Counted from the first letter of the stretch, positions 32,632 to 42,766 are shown. The stretch: DNA of 53,077 nucleotides from an uncultured Sphingomonas sp. (GCA_902806295.1 CADCWB010000145.1:1-53077), one strand, 5' to 3'. The notes: generated by a model not told the origin, from the sequence alone. Numbers and translations: made by a program.

Positions 32632-33543
32632 CTATTCGGGCAGCGGGGCCGAGATGCGGGCGCTGCGCCAGGCTGAGATGAGGTAGAGCGCAGCCGCTGT
32701 CCAGATGGCGCCGAACGCGATCGCGTGCGCGCCGGTGAAGGGCTCTCCGTACAGAAAGACCGCACAAAGGAATTGCAGGGTCGGGGCGACGAACTGCAGG
32801 ATGCCCAAGGTCGAGTAGCGCAAGCGGCGGGCGGCGGCGGTGAAGAACAGCAGCGGGATGGTCGACGCGACCCCCGTGCCCACCAGCAATGCCGTCACCG
32901 CCGGGCTGCTTCCCATCGTCGCAGCCTTGTCACCGCCCGCGAAGAGCAGCCATAGCACCGCCACGGGAAACAGCAGCGCGGTCTCGATGGTCAGCCCGGC
33001 GACCGACTCGACCTTGGCCATCTTTCGCAGCAAGCCGTACAGCGCGAAGCTGACGCACAGTGTTAGGCTGATCCACAGGTGCGACAGGGCACCGACGGCG
33101 AGCACGGATACGCCAACGCCCGCGATGGCGACCGCCAACCACTGCAGCCGCGAGAGCGCTTCCTTCAAGACGAAGCGGCCGAGCAGGATGTTCGCCAGCG
33201 GATTGAGATAATAGCCAAGGCTACCGGCAAGGATATGGCCGCTGTTCACGGCGTAAACATAGATGATCCAGTTGGTGGCGATCAGCAGTGAGGTGAGCAG
33301 GAGCAGGCGCACGGTGCCCGGGTGGCGCATCGCTTCCCGCGCTTGGCCAGCGGCGCGGGTGAGCACGATCAAGAGACCGAGAAACAGCAGCGACCATAGG
33401 ACCCGATGGGCGACGATGTTGGGGGAGGGCACGTCCGCCAGCAGCTTGAAGTAGATCGGCAGCAAGCCCCATAGGCCATACGCGCCGATGCCGAACGCCA
33501 GCCCGGCGCGGGTCCGCGCGCTACTTTCATCCCTGTCCACCAT
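32632..33543 (-). CDS. rarD: EamA family transporter RarD
   Basis: AY.LWG..PIYFK, HRVLWS, SLGYYLNPL, SFALYGL.RK, GILQFVAPT. Confidence 0.93.
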   Translation of the reverse strand: MVDRDESSARTRAGLAFGIGAYGLWGLLPIYFKLLADVPSPNIVAHRVLWSLLFLGLLIVLTRAAGQAREAMRHPGTVRLLLLTSLLIATNWIIYVYAVNSGHILAGSLGYYLNPLANILLGRFVLKEALSRLQWLAVAIAGVGVSVLAVGALSHLWISLTLCVSFALYGLLRKMAKVESVAGLTIETALLFPVAVLWLLFAGGDKAATMGSSPAVTALLVGTGVASTIPLLFFTAAARRLRYSTLGILQFVAPTLQFLCAVFLYGEPFTGAHAIAFGAIWTAAALYLISAWRSARISAPLPE

Positions 33544-33653
33544 TCGCCGCCGCTTAGAGCGCGTCCAGCGCGCTGGAAAGGAGTTGTTAACCTTTATGAA
33601 GGTTCAACAGGGTGTGCGGCGCTGCTAGCGTGAACGCGAACGAGAGGCTGATC

Positions 33654-34331
33654 GTGAGAAACTTCCGTGCTCTGCTACCAATGGCGGCGCTGCCGGCGCT
33701 GGTCGGCGCTTGTGCCGTCACACCCGCGGCTGTGCCGGTGCGGTCAGTGGTCGTGCAGCAGGAGCCGAAGAGTCCAGCCGACGCATGGCAGGGGATTGCC
33801 AATACGGAGGACGTCACGCGCATCAAAGGCCTGCGCGGCGCGTGGGAGGCTGCCCTGGCCGAAGCGCGGGCCTCGAACCGGCGCGAGGTGGCAGCCGAGG
33901 GCGACCTGCTGAAGGGCAATGCGGCGCTGGCACGGCCGGCGCCAACCCCCGGCAGCTATCAGTGCCGCATGGTCCGATTGGGTAGGGCCGAGGCCAAGGC
34001 GCGCGCGTTCGAGCGTTTCCAGCCGTTCTTCTGCTATGTCGAGGTCGAGGGCGAGCTGCTGACCATCGTCAAGCAGACCGGCAGCCAACGACCCGCCGGC
34101 CGGTTGTGGGAGGACGACGATCCGCAGCGGCTGATCTTTCTCGGCAGCCTGGCACTAGGCGCTGAGGACCAGCCCAAGGCTTATGGCGAGGACCCGCAGC
34201 GGGATATGGCCGGCGTGGTGGAGCGGATCGGACCGTTCCGCTGGCGGCTGGTGATCCCCTGGCCGCGCGGCACTGCCAAGCTGGACGTGTTCGAACTGAC
34301 ACCGGTGGCGGAGCAGCCCGAGGCCTCGTGA
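33654..34331 (+). CDS. DUF4893-like lipoprotein
   Basis: Lipobox LVGAC; G.Y.CR, PFFCYV, KQTGSQRP.G, RWRLVIPWP; start at GTG 33654 with GAGAGG RBS. Confidence 0.75.
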   Translation: MRNFRALLPMAALPALVGACAVTPAAVPVRSVVVQQEPKSPADAWQGIANTEDVTRIKGLRGAWEAALAEARASNRREVAAEGDLLKGNAALARPAPTPGSYQCRMVRLGRAEAKARAFERFQPFFCYVEVEGELLTIVKQTGSQRPAGRLWEDDDPQRLIFLGSLALGAEDQPKAYGEDPQRDMAGVVERIGPFRWRLVIPWPRGTAKLDVFELTPVAEQPEAS

Positions 34332-34687
34332 GCCTCGCCGATCCCGAGGAGGTGCGAGCGCATCTGATCGCCGCTGCCACGGCAGGGCATCCGGTGACCT
34401 ATGCCGAGCTGCTGGAGCGGCTCGGATACAGCTTCTCGCGGCCCAAGATGCGCGCCTTGTGCAAGGTGCTCGCCGCGGTTGACGATGCGGCCGACGCTTC
34501 CGGGGAGCCGGAAGTGGCCGTGCTGGTAGTCCGCCAGTCGGACGGCTTGCCCGGCCAAGGCTGGTGGGTCGGCAGCTGGGAGAAGCATCGGTTCACCGGG
34601 GAATGGACCGGTCCCGCAGCACGTCGGCTGATCGACAAACTGCAAGGTGACGCTTTCCGCTATTGGCAGGGCGGGCAGCCGGAGTAA
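34328..34687 (+). CDS. Small conserved hypothetical protein (possible nucleic-acid-binding fold)
   Basis: GTGA overlap with upstream gene; VTYAELL..LG..FSRPKMRALC, LVVRQSDGLPGQGWW. Confidence 0.7.
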   Translation: MSLADPEEVRAHLIAAATAGHPVTYAELLERLGYSFSRPKMRALCKVLAAVDDAADASGEPEVAVLVVRQSDGLPGQGWWVGSWEKHRFTGEWTGPAARRLIDKLQGDAFRYWQGGQPE

Positions 34688-34712
34688 GCTCCCTCCGATA
34701 AAGGGAGATATC

Positions 34713-36065
34713 ATGAAGCCTGTTGCCTTGCTCGCGGCGGTCGCCGCTGCCGCCCTTGCCATGCCTGCCGATGCGCAGATCACCCCCGCGCCCAGCAGGA
34801 CGCAAACCGAGCCGGTCACCGTTATCCATGCCGGAACTTTGATCGCCGTGCCGGGGGAAGCACCGCGCCGCAATGCCAGCGTGGTCGTTCAGGGCCGCCG
34901 GATCCTGGAAGTGCGTGACGGCTTCGTCGACGTGGCGGGGGCACGGGTCGTGGATCTGCGAAGCGGAACGGTGATGCCGGGCTTCATCGACATGCATGTG
35001 CACCTGACCGGCCTCGACGACCGGCTGCAGGCGCGGCTGCTGGAAACCAGCCGCAACACGGAGGACGAGGCCTACACGGCGATGAGCAATGCTCGCAAGA
35101 CGCTGATGGCCGGCTTTACTACTGTCCGCGATCTGGGCGGGGATGCGCCGGCGGTGCGAGCCTTGCGGGACGCCATCAACGCGGGCCAGTTCGGCGGCCC
35201 ATCGGTGGTCATGGCGGCACGGATGGTGTCCGTATCCGGCGGGCACGGCGACGGGCGCAACGGCTCCAATCGAGACATGGCGGAGATCGCTCATCGCGAC
35301 GGCGGCAACCTGTGCAACGGCCCTGAGGATTGCCGGCGGGCGACGCGCGAGCAGATCGGAGCGGGCGCCGAGGTGATCAAATTCGCGGCGACCGGCGGTG
35401 TGCTCAGCAACGTCGCGGGAGGTCTCGCGCAACAGATGATGGAGGACGAGATGCGGTCGGTGGTTACCACCGCGCAAATGTTCGGGCGCAAAGTGGCGGC
35501 CCACGCGCATGGCGTCGACGGCATCAATGCCGCATTGAGAGCCGGGGTGGACTCGATCGAGCACGGGACCTTCACCGACGACCAGACCTTCCGCCTGTAT
35601 CGCCAGACTGGCGCTTATTATGTGCCGACGCTGCTAGCACCGGCGGCGGCCTACCGAGATGGGGAACGGGGAGCGCTGACCGCTGCCCAGTTCGAAAAGG
35701 CGGGCGCGGCGCGCGGGAATGCGGAAAAGACCTTTGCCCGGGCGATACGCGAAGGGGTGAAGATCGCCTTCGGCACGGACTCGGCGGTCAGCCCGCACGG
35801 CCAGAATGCGCAGGAGTTCGCGCTGATGGTCAGGAACGGCATGCAACCGATGGCCGCGATCAAGGCGGCAACGGTGAATGCCGCGGACCTGCTCGGCCGG
35901 TCGGGCCAGGTCGGGACTATCGAGGCTGGCAAGGACGCCGACATCGTCGCGGTCGAGGGCGATCCGCTCGGCAACATCCGCCTGCTGGAGAATGTCGGCT
36001 TCGTGATGAAGTGGGGCCGGGTGTTCAAGCTCGGTGGGCAGCGGCAGGTGACGGACGTCGACTAG
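34713..36065 (+). CDS. Secreted metal-dependent amidohydrolase (Xaa-Pro dipeptidase-like)
   Basis: Signal peptide, [39 protein letters not shown]. Confidence 0.9.
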   Translation: MKPVALLAAVAAAALAMPADAQITPAPSRTQTEPVTVIHAGTLIAVPGEAPRRNASVVVQGRRILEVRDGFVDVAGARVVDLRSGTVMPGFIDMHVHLTGLDDRLQARLLETSRNTEDEAYTAMSNARKTLMAGFTTVRDLGGDAPAVRALRDAINAGQFGGPSVVMAARMVSVSGGHGDGRNGSNRDMAEIAHRDGGNLCNGPEDCRRATREQIGAGAEVIKFAATGGVLSNVAGGLAQQMMEDEMRSVVTTAQMFGRKVAAHAHGVDGINAALRAGVDSIEHGTFTDDQTFRLYRQTGAYYVPTLLAPAAAYRDGERGALTAAQFEKAGAARGNAEKTFARAIREGVKIAFGTDSAVSPHGQNAQEFALMVRNGMQPMAAIKAATVNAADLLGRSGQVGTIEAGKDADIVAVEGDPLGNIRLLENVGFVMKWGRVFKLGGQRQVTDVD

Positions 36066-37345
36066 CCTGCGGAGCGCCGCTCGATCGTCGCCCCCACCGC
36101 GCTAAGCTTTTCTTCAAGCCGCTCATAGCCGCGGTCGAGGTGATAGACGCGCAACACTTCGGTTTCGCCTTCTGCGGCAAGGCCGGCCAGCACCAGGCTC
36201 ATGGAAGCGCGCAGATCGGTGGCCATCACCGCCGCCCCGGTGAGCTTGGACACACCATGAACGATGGCCGAGCGCCCGCGCACGTCGATGTTCGCGCCCA
36301 TCCGGCGCAACTCCGGCACGTGCATGTAGCGATTCTCGAAGATGGTCTCTTCGAGGAAGCTTTCACCATTGGCCATGCACAGCATCGCCATGAATTGTGC
36401 CTGCATGTCGGTGGCGAAGGCGGGGAACGGCGCGGTGGAGAGCGCAAGCGGCTTCATCTTGCCGTCGGCGGTGACTTTGATGCCCTTGTCGTGCAGTTCG
36501 ACGATCAGGCCGCAATGGGCCAGGGCACTGGTCGTCGCCAGCATGTCCTCCGCCCGCGCGCCGACCAGATCGATCGAGCCGCCCGTGATTCCGGCCGCGC
36601 AGGCGTAGCTGCCAGCCTCGATCCGGTCGGGCATGACGGCGTAGGTGCAGCCGTGCAGGCCTTCGACGCCATCGATGATCAGATGCGAGGAGCCGATACC
36701 GTCGATCTTGCCGCCCATGGCGACGAGCAGGTTGCAAAGGTCGACGATCTCGGGCTCGCGCGCGGCATTGAACAATTGGCTGCGACCTGTTGCGAGCACC
36801 GCGGCCATCAGTGCATTTTCCGTCGCACCGACGGACACGACCGGAAAGCTGTAGTCGCCACCCGAGATGCGACCGTTAGGCGCGGAGGCACGGACATAGC
36901 CCGCCGCGAGCTCGATCTCGGCCCCCATCGCCTCGAGCGCACGAAGGTGGAGGTCGATCGGCCGGTCGCCGATGGCACAGCCGCCAGGCAGGGAGACGGT
37001 CGCCTCGCCAGCCCGCGCCAGCATCGGTCCGAGCACCAGGATCGAGGCCCGCATCCGCCGAACCATGTCGTAGGGGGCGGTGGTGGATGTGATCTCGCGC
37101 GCTTGCAGGGTCATGCGGCGGCCGAACTCGCCGGGACGCATGGCATCGACCTTGGTCGACACGCCCAGCATGTTCATCAGGTGACCGAAGCTGTCGACGT
37201 CCGCCAGGCGTGGCAGGTTGGAGAGGGTAAGCCTGTCCTCCGTCAGCAGCGCGCAAGGCAGTAGTGTTAGGGCCGCGTTCTTGGCCCCGGAGATGGGGAT
37301 GACGCCTTCGAGCCGCTGGCCGCCCTGGATGTGTATCGAGTCCAT
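36062..37345 (-). CDS. murA: UDP-N-acetylglucosamine 1-carboxyvinyltransferase
   Basis: [56 protein letters not shown]. Confidence 0.97.
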   Translation of the reverse strand: MDSIHIQGGQRLEGVIPISGAKNAALTLLPCALLTEDRLTLSNLPRLADVDSFGHLMNMLGVSTKVDAMRPGEFGRRMTLQAREITSTTAPYDMVRRMRASILVLGPMLARAGEATVSLPGGCAIGDRPIDLHLRALEAMGAEIELAAGYVRASAPNGRISGGDYSFPVVSVGATENALMAAVLATGRSQLFNAAREPEIVDLCNLLVAMGGKIDGIGSSHLIIDGVEGLHGCTYAVMPDRIEAGSYACAAGITGGSIDLVGARAEDMLATTSALAHCGLIVELHDKGIKVTADGKMKPLALSTAPFPAFATDMQAQFMAMLCMANGESFLEETIFENRYMHVPELRRMGANIDVRGRSAIVHGVSKLTGAAVMATDLRASMSLVLAGLAAEGETEVLRVYHLDRGYERLEEKLSAVGATIERRSAG

Positions 37346-37351
37346 CGGGGG

Positions 37352-37379
37352 CGTTTAGAGGGTCGTCGCAGGGGTGCAA
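37352..37379 (-). promoter_or_regulatory. Sigma70-like promoter TTGCAC-N16-TAAACG, 6 nt from murA ATG (leaderless-type)
   Basis: Read from the minus strand; no SD. Confidence 0.55.
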
Positions 37380-37391
37380 TCCCCTGGCGGG

Positions 37392-37751
37392 TCAGGCCTT
37401 CTCAAGCGTGCATTGAAGGGGGTGCTGGTTCTCGCGTGCGAAGTCGGTGACCTGGCTGACCTTGGTCTCCGCGACTTCATAGGTGAAGACGCCACAAACG
37501 CCGACACCCTTCTGATGCACTTGGAGCATGACTCGCGTCGCATCCTCGATGCTCATCGAGAAGAAGCGCTGAAGGCACAGAACGACAAATTCCATGGGAG
37601 TATAATCGTCATTCAGCATCAGCACTTTGTAGTTGCTGGGCTTGCGCGTGCGTGGCCGCGTGCGGGTAACGACCCCACGCTCGATCTCCTCGATGCCATC
37701 GCCCTTGCCTGGCGAATCGTCTTCGGGCCCCATGTCTATCCGCTCAATCAT
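37392..37751 (-). CDS. clpS: ATP-dependent Clp protease adaptor ClpS
   Basis: [40 protein letters not shown]; start may be ATG 37733. Confidence 0.96.
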   Translation of the reverse strand: MIERIDMGPEDDSPGKGDGIEEIERGVVTRTRPRTRKPSNYKVLMLNDDYTPMEFVVLCLQRFFSMSIEDATRVMLQVHQKGVGVCGVFTYEVAETKVSQVTDFARENQHPLQCTLEKA

Positions 37752-37762
37752 CGTTCGCCCCG

Positions 37763-37790
37763 ATATGGCATGCCGCTAGCGCTTGCCAAG
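37763..37790 (-). promoter_or_regulatory. RpoH (sigma32)-like promoter CTTG-N18-CCATAT upstream of clpS
   Basis: Minus strand CTTG gcaagcgctagcggcatg CCATAT. Confidence 0.45.
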
Positions 37791-37823
37791 GCAGGTCGCT
37801 CCGCTTGCGTGCCGCGCAGATGC

Positions 37824-37860
37824 AAAAAGACGGCCGCCTTCGCAAAGGAAGGCGGCCGTC
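37824..37860 (-). terminator. Rho-independent terminator after the phasin gene
   Basis: 13-bp stem gacggccgccttc/gaaggcggccgtc followed by T5 on the minus strand. Confidence 0.85.
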
Positions 37861-37886
37861 CCGTAGCCTGACAGAAGGAGGAGAGG

Positions 37887-38561
37887 TCAGGCAGAAAGCT
37901 CGTTCAGCTTCTCGGCGTTGAGCGCAGCGCGGGTCGAGAGCGGCTGGAAAGCCTCCCCGGCCAGCTTGACCATCGATTCGGCGAGGCGGCTGCTCTCGGC
38001 GATCATGCGGTCGAACTGAGTGCGGGCAATCTCGCCCTGCAGCTGAAAGAACTCGGTCGGCGAACCGGCTTCGGTCAGCGTCTTGGCCTGAGCGGCAACC
38101 TGCTCCAGGTTTTCGCGGGTGCGAGCCAGAGCGTCCTGACCCAGGGTCTGGGCACCGGCAGCGGCGATCTTCGAGGTCTCCACCAGCGCCTCGACGTTGG
38201 CACGGGTCAGCTCGACCACATCACCAGCAACCTTCTGGCTCTTCTCGACCAGCTGCTGGCCGCGCTCGCCGGCGTCGGCGAACAGGCTCTGAAACTTGTC
38301 GGCGCCCGGCAGGGCCGAGGTGTTGGCGAAGCTGTTCATCCAGTTGGTTGCATCGAAATTCATGGGCTTGTCCTTGGCTGGGGCCGGGGAAGCGGCCGGT
38401 TGGGTCTTCGGAGCCGAGTTGACGGCCTTGCGGGCGCGCGGCTTGCGCTCGGTCTTGACGCGGCGGGCGTTGACCTGCTTCACGGCCGCGACCACTTCGG
38501 GCTGCATCTCCGCTTCGGTATGCGGGGCGTGCGCTTCGGCGGTGTTGATCTGGTCGTCCAT
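37887..38561 (-). CDS. phaP: Phasin (PHA granule-associated protein) with Ala/Lys/Pro-rich N-terminal extension
   Basis: RANVEALVE, SPTEFFQLQ...R..FD, LAGEAFQPLS.R; phasin-clpS adjacency; PhaR-like boxes upstream. Confidence 0.85.
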   Translation of the reverse strand: MDDQINTAEAHAPHTEAEMQPEVVAAVKQVNARRVKTERKPRARKAVNSAPKTQPAASPAPAKDKPMNFDATNWMNSFANTSALPGADKFQSLFADAGERGQQLVEKSQKVAGDVVELTRANVEALVETSKIAAAGAQTLGQDALARTRENLEQVAAQAKTLTEAGSPTEFFQLQGEIARTQFDRMIAESSRLAESMVKLAGEAFQPLSTRAALNAEKLNELSA

Positions 38562-38580
38562 CGGTCTGCCTGTTTTGTTA

Positions 38581-38620
38581 TGCTGCACTGCACAATATAG
38601 TGCGGTGCACAAGATTTCAA
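38581..38620 (-). promoter_or_regulatory. Phasin promoter (TTGAAA-N17-TATTGT) overlapped by tandem PhaR-like boxes
   Basis: TGCACTGCACAA (38584-38595) and TGCGGTGCACAA (38601-38612) direct repeats. Confidence 0.7.
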
Positions 38621-38677
38621 GTCCTATCTCGCGGGTGCAGCATTGACGTGCGGAGCGCGGCTGCGGCAAGAGCGCGC

Positions 38678-39316
38678 ATGGACCAGTCACTCCGCACCCG
38701 TCGCGGTCTCCTGATCGTTCTCTCCTCGCCATCCGGTGCCGGCAAATCGACCATCTCCCGCATGCTGCTGGAGGCGGACCGGGAGGTCACCATCTCGGTG
38801 TCGGCAACCACCCGACCAATGCGCCCGGGCGAAGTGGACGACCGTGATTATCATTTCGTGGAAGAGCAGGAGTTTGATCGGCTGATCGCCGAAGGCGAGT
38901 TCGTCGAGTGGGCACCGGTGTTCGACTATCGTTACGGGACTCCCAAGGCGCCGGTAAAGGCTGCGCTCAAGGCCGGCAGCGACATCCTGTTCGACATCGA
39001 CTGGCAGGGGACGCAGCAGCTGCATGCCGCGATGGGCGAAGATCTGGTGCGGATTTTTATCCTGCCGCCGTCGATCGGCGAGCTGGAGCGGCGTCTCCGA
39101 GGTCGCGGCACCGACAGCGAGGATGTGATCCACAGCCGGATGCAGCGCGCCGCCAGCGAGATCAGCCATTGGGCCGAATATGATTACGTGCTCATCAACA
39201 AGGATACGGCCGAGTGCCTCGCCCAGGTGCAGGCGATTGTCGCGGCCGAGCGGCTGAAGCGACAGCGTCAATTGGGACTGGTGCCATTCGTGCGCGACTT
39301 GGTGTCGGGACGCTAG
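38678..39316 (+). CDS. gmk: Guanylate kinase
   Basis: SSPSGAGKST, SATTR..RPGE...DYHF, YGT, DIDWQG, IFILPPS. Confidence 0.96.
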   Translation: MDQSLRTRRGLLIVLSSPSGAGKSTISRMLLEADREVTISVSATTRPMRPGEVDDRDYHFVEEQEFDRLIAEGEFVEWAPVFDYRYGTPKAPVKAALKAGSDILFDIDWQGTQQLHAAMGEDLVRIFILPPSIGELERRLRGRGTDSEDVIHSRMQRAASEISHWAEYDYVLINKDTAECLAQVQAIVAAERLKRQRQLGLVPFVRDLVSGR

Positions 39317-40005
39317 CTCAGCAAAACGAGGAAGCGCGCTGCGGCCATGAAGTCGGCACGGCGGTTCTCGAGGGCTAGCTCGGCCTCCGCATCGCTGCCC
39401 CACTTCTCGAGCTGCCAAGTGTCGTCCACGGTGAGCGCGGTCCAGCCGTCTATCGGTGACAACTCGCCCCCAAGCACCGCGAGCGCCGCGACCAGCGAGC
39501 CGCCGATGGTGACCAGCGGCGACAGGGCCGCGAGGCGAAACGGGTCAAGGGTGGTAACTGCATGACTGAGTTGCGCCACGGTTGCGGGCGGCTGGGGCAC
39601 GAAAGTGATCCCGCTGGTTACTGTGAAATCGATGTCGTAGCGTCGCCGGGCCCACTGCAGCAGCGGATCCCAGGCGGCGGCCTGACGATCGATCAGCGGC
39701 TGTGGTGAGTCGGCGCGGTAGGTGAGGAGGTCGCCTTCTGCGTAGCGGGCGAGGGTGGCGGCAAACGCCTCGGGGTTGGGCTGGACGCGATCGATCGCCG
39801 CGTTGGCGAGGCCCGTCAGCGGCATGGCGCGGGGGTCGATCGTCTCGCCGACCAATTGCCATTCCTCGGCGATGGCTCGGGCCAATGGCTCGCTTGCCAC
39901 TTGCAGCAGGGAACGGGCGGGCGTCCGCACCGGACGGCCGTCGAGGGCGACGCCCCAATAGGTGCCATCGGAGGTCGCCTCCGCAGTCGTCCAGAAACGC
40001 TTCAT
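39313..40005 (-). CDS. ATP12 family chaperone
   Basis: MKRFW, LDGRPVRTP, IAEEW, MPLT.LAN.AID, DLL.YRA, WG.D.EA. Confidence 0.93.
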   Translation of the reverse strand: MKRFWTTAEATSDGTYWGVALDGRPVRTPARSLLQVASEPLARAIAEEWQLVGETIDPRAMPLTGLANAAIDRVQPNPEAFAATLARYAEGDLLTYRADSPQPLIDRQAAAWDPLLQWARRRYDIDFTVTSGITFVPQPPATVAQLSHAVTTLDPFRLAALSPLVTIGGSLVAALAVLGGELSPIDGWTALTVDDTWQLEKWGSDAEAELALENRRADFMAAARFLVLLS

Positions 40006-40012
40006 CGGACGG

Positions 40013-40222
40013 CTAAACGCGGGTGATGCGCTTAAGGATCTTGGGCGCCAGCACCGCTTCGGCCAGCCCCGCGAAAGCGATCGGAATGCCGAGGATCGGC
40101 AGCCCGCCTGGACGGATCGGATCGCCGAAGCCGATCCACAGACCCAGGAAGAAGAGTGCCAGGCCGCTTAGCCGAAGCGCCATGAAGATGTGAAAGCGCT
40201 TCTTGTCTGCGGCTTCATTCAT
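40013..40222 (-). CDS. Small membrane protein (two hydrophobic segments)
   Basis: In operon between HAD and ATP12 genes; GGAG RBS. Confidence 0.65.
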   Translation of the reverse strand: MNEAADKKRFHIFMALRLSGLALFFLGLWIGFGDPIRPGGLPILGIPIAFAGLAEAVLAPKILKRITRV

Positions 40223-40892
40223 CGACTCGCTCCCCAATCAACGACGTGGCGAGCGCCAGCACCTCATTCGGGGCGCGGGCGAGGACGTCGGCGCCGCCCA
40301 GCTTGAGCTCGGCGCCATCATGGTAGCCCCACAGGGCTCCGATGGCCTTCGCGCCCGCGTTCTTGGCCATACCCATGTCCCACCCGGTATCGCCGATCAC
40401 CACGGTTTGCGCGGCCTCGGCCCCGGCCTCCTGCATCGCGGCCAAGGCCATCGCCGGGTGCGGCTTGGACGGATGCCGGTCGGCGGTCTGGAGCGAGACG
40501 AAGCGACCATGAAGCTCATGCCCGGTGAGGCAATGATGCAAGCCACGGTCCGACTTGCCGGTGGCGACCGCCAGCAACCAGCCGTCGGCTTCGAACGCAT
40601 CAAGCAATGGCAGGATGCCGTCGAATAAGGGTTCCTCCACCTGTCCCCGCGCGCGCAATCCAATGAAGACATCGCGGTAGGTGGCGGCCAGTGCGGCATG
40701 TTCCGCGGCACCGGCCTCAGGAGCAAGAAACGCCATCGCCTCGTTAAGGCTGAGGCCAACGACGCGCTTGGCTTCCGGTTGGGGCGGCACCGCGCGATCA
40801 TGCCGCGCGAACGCCTCGCTCAAGGCGAAATGGATCGTGTGGCCGCTGTCGACCAGCGTGCCGTCGCAGTCGAAGACGGCCAGGCGGGTCAA
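40215..40892 (-). CDS. HAD-IA family hydrolase (phosphoglycolate phosphatase-like)
   Basis: FDCDGTL, ATGK, SKPHP, IGDT.WD. Confidence 0.92.
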   Translation of the reverse strand: MTRLAVFDCDGTLVDSGHTIHFALSEAFARHDRAVPPQPEAKRVVGLSLNEAMAFLAPEAGAAEHAALAATYRDVFIGLRARGQVEEPLFDGILPLLDAFEADGWLLAVATGKSDRGLHHCLTGHELHGRFVSLQTADRHPSKPHPAMALAAMQEAGAEAAQTVVIGDTGWDMGMAKNAGAKAIGALWGYHDGAELKLGGADVLARAPNEVLALATSLIGERVDE

Positions 40893-42013
40893 CGGCGCCG
40901 GCCCTGCGGCTTGGTCGGCTTACCGTCGCCGCCGCGGGAGCGCCGCTCGCCCTTGCGAGCCTTGCGGGCCGTCTTGGCCGCGGCTGCGGCGCGCCGGGCG
41001 CGGATCTCGGGCAGCTTGGCCGGGTCCGGATTGTCGAGCGGCATATTGTCGCCGGCCATCGGCTCGAACCCCAGAGTATTGAGGCTTTCAGCAACGTGCG
41101 ATGGCAGCTCGGCGGTCACGTCGATGACCTGCTTGTTGGGAGCGTCGATCCGGAGCCGCCGGGCATGAAGGTGCATCTTGCGACTGATCCCGCCGGTCAG
41201 GAACGCCTCCGCCCCGCCGTACTTCGCATCGCCGACGATCGGGTGGCCGAGCGCCGCCATGTGCGCGCGCAGCTGGTGCGTGCGGCCGGTAAGCGGCTGA
41301 AGCTCCATCCAGGCTGCGCGGTTGCCGGCGTGATCGACCATTCGCCAGCGAGTGCGGGCGGGCTGGCCCTCCTCCTCGTCGACATGCATCTTCTCGCCCC
41401 CCGTCCCCGGCTGCTTGGCTAGCGGCAGGTCGATCAGGCCCTCCTCGAGCGAGGGCACTCCGACGACCAGCGCCCAGTAGACCTTGCGCGCCGTGCGGCC
41501 GGAAAAGCTCTTGGAAAAATAGGCGGCCGCGCGGGCGGAGCGGGCGACCAGCAGTACCCCGCTGGTATCCTTGTCGAGGCGATGAACCAGCTTGGGCCGA
41601 TTGCCCTCCTGGTCGGCGAGACCATCGAGCAGGCGGTCGAGGTGCTGGTTGGTCTTGGTCCCGCCCTGCGTCGCCAACCCCGGCGGCTTGTTGAGCACGA
41701 AGGCGTCGGGGGTGGTCGCGATTACCATCTCCTGCACATAGGACTGCTCATCGGGCGTGAGCGGGACAATGTGCTTCTGCGGACGCGCTGTCTGGACTGG
41801 AGCGGCTTCGGCCGGCGGTACGCGCAGGGTCTGGCCGGTCTCGATCCGGTCCCCCGGAGTGGCACGCTTGCCGTCGATCCGCAGTTGGCCGATGCGAGCC
41901 CAGCGGGACACGATGTTGAAGCTGGTATCCGGCAGGTGCCGCTTGAACCAGCGGTCGAGTCGAATGCCGTCGTCGTCCTCGGAAACAGTGAAGGTGCGCT
42001 CGTCGCTGGTCAT
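40889..42013 (-). CDS. RluA/RluC family pseudouridine synthase
   Basis: S4-like RLDRWF, NKP.GL..QGG, HRLDKDTSG, TGRTHQLR.H, GD.KYG, LHA. Confidence 0.94.
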   Translation of the reverse strand: MTSDERTFTVSEDDDGIRLDRWFKRHLPDTSFNIVSRWARIGQLRIDGKRATPGDRIETGQTLRVPPAEAAPVQTARPQKHIVPLTPDEQSYVQEMVIATTPDAFVLNKPPGLATQGGTKTNQHLDRLLDGLADQEGNRPKLVHRLDKDTSGVLLVARSARAAAYFSKSFSGRTARKVYWALVVGVPSLEEGLIDLPLAKQPGTGGEKMHVDEEEGQPARTRWRMVDHAGNRAAWMELQPLTGRTHQLRAHMAALGHPIVGDAKYGGAEAFLTGGISRKMHLHARRLRIDAPNKQVIDVTAELPSHVAESLNTLGFEPMAGDNMPLDNPDPAKLPEIRARRAAAAAKTARKARKGERRSRGGDGKPTKPQGRRR

Positions 42014-42022
42014 GCGCGCGCC

Positions 42023-42766
42023 CTAGCCGCTGGGAAGAAGCTTCGCAAAGCGCATGGACGTCCGTTCGTAGCCGAGTCGGCGGTAGAAGGCGTGCGCCCC
42101 GCTCAAGCGATCGTTGCTCGTGACCTCGATCAGCCCGCAGCCGCCCGCGGCGAGCCGGCGCTCGGCTTCCTCGACCAGCTGTCGGCCGAGGCCCTGCCGC
42201 TGCGCCAGCTCCGCCACGATCAGTACGGTGATCCGACCGACTGGTGAGGGCCGGTGAGGAGGAAGCGACTTGGCGCTTCCGCAGACGGCGAGCACCTCCG
42301 GCCCGCGGGCGATCACCAGTACCGGCAGACCTTCGTCCGCCAGCATCTCAAGGTTGCGAGCGACGTCGGCTGGATCAATCTTGTGGCCCAGCATTGCAAA
42401 CAGAGCGGCAAGCTGCGCAGCATCGGCGCGCACGGCCTCACGCAACTCCGGCTGTGGCTCAGGTTCAGGTGCTAGGTCAGCAGGGGAGGCGGTCACCGCG
42501 GCACGTTTGCGCTTCGGCCGGGACTCGCCGACGCTCTTCAGCGATGCCTTCCAATCACCTGTCTCGGCACCCCGAAGGTGATCCGCGATAGCCTCGGCAT
42601 CGGCGGTGGGCGTCTTGCCGACGATGCCGAACACGGGTTGTCCAGCGCTGTCGGCCAACCCGAAAAGGCCGAAGCCCGGCTTGCCCGGCGTGCGCACGCG
42701 CGAGCGGACGAGCTTCAGGCCGCGATTGCGCGCCATATCCGCCAAATCATCGGCCGCCAGGCTCAT
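42023..42766 (-). CDS. GNAT acetyltransferase with extra N-terminal domain
   Basis: C-term GRITVLIV...QRQGLGRQL, AHAFYRRLGY; N-terminal ~75 aa domain plus basic/Pro-rich linker. Confidence 0.8.
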   Translation of the reverse strand: MSLAADDLADMARNRGLKLVRSRVRTPGKPGFGLFGLADSAGQPVFGIVGKTPTADAEAIADHLRGAETGDWKASLKSVGESRPKRKRAAVTASPADLAPEPEPQPELREAVRADAAQLAALFAMLGHKIDPADVARNLEMLADEGLPVLVIARGPEVLAVCGSAKSLPPHRPSPVGRITVLIVAELAQRQGLGRQLVEEAERRLAAGGCGLIEVTSNDRLSGAHAFYRRLGYERTSMRFAKLLPSG

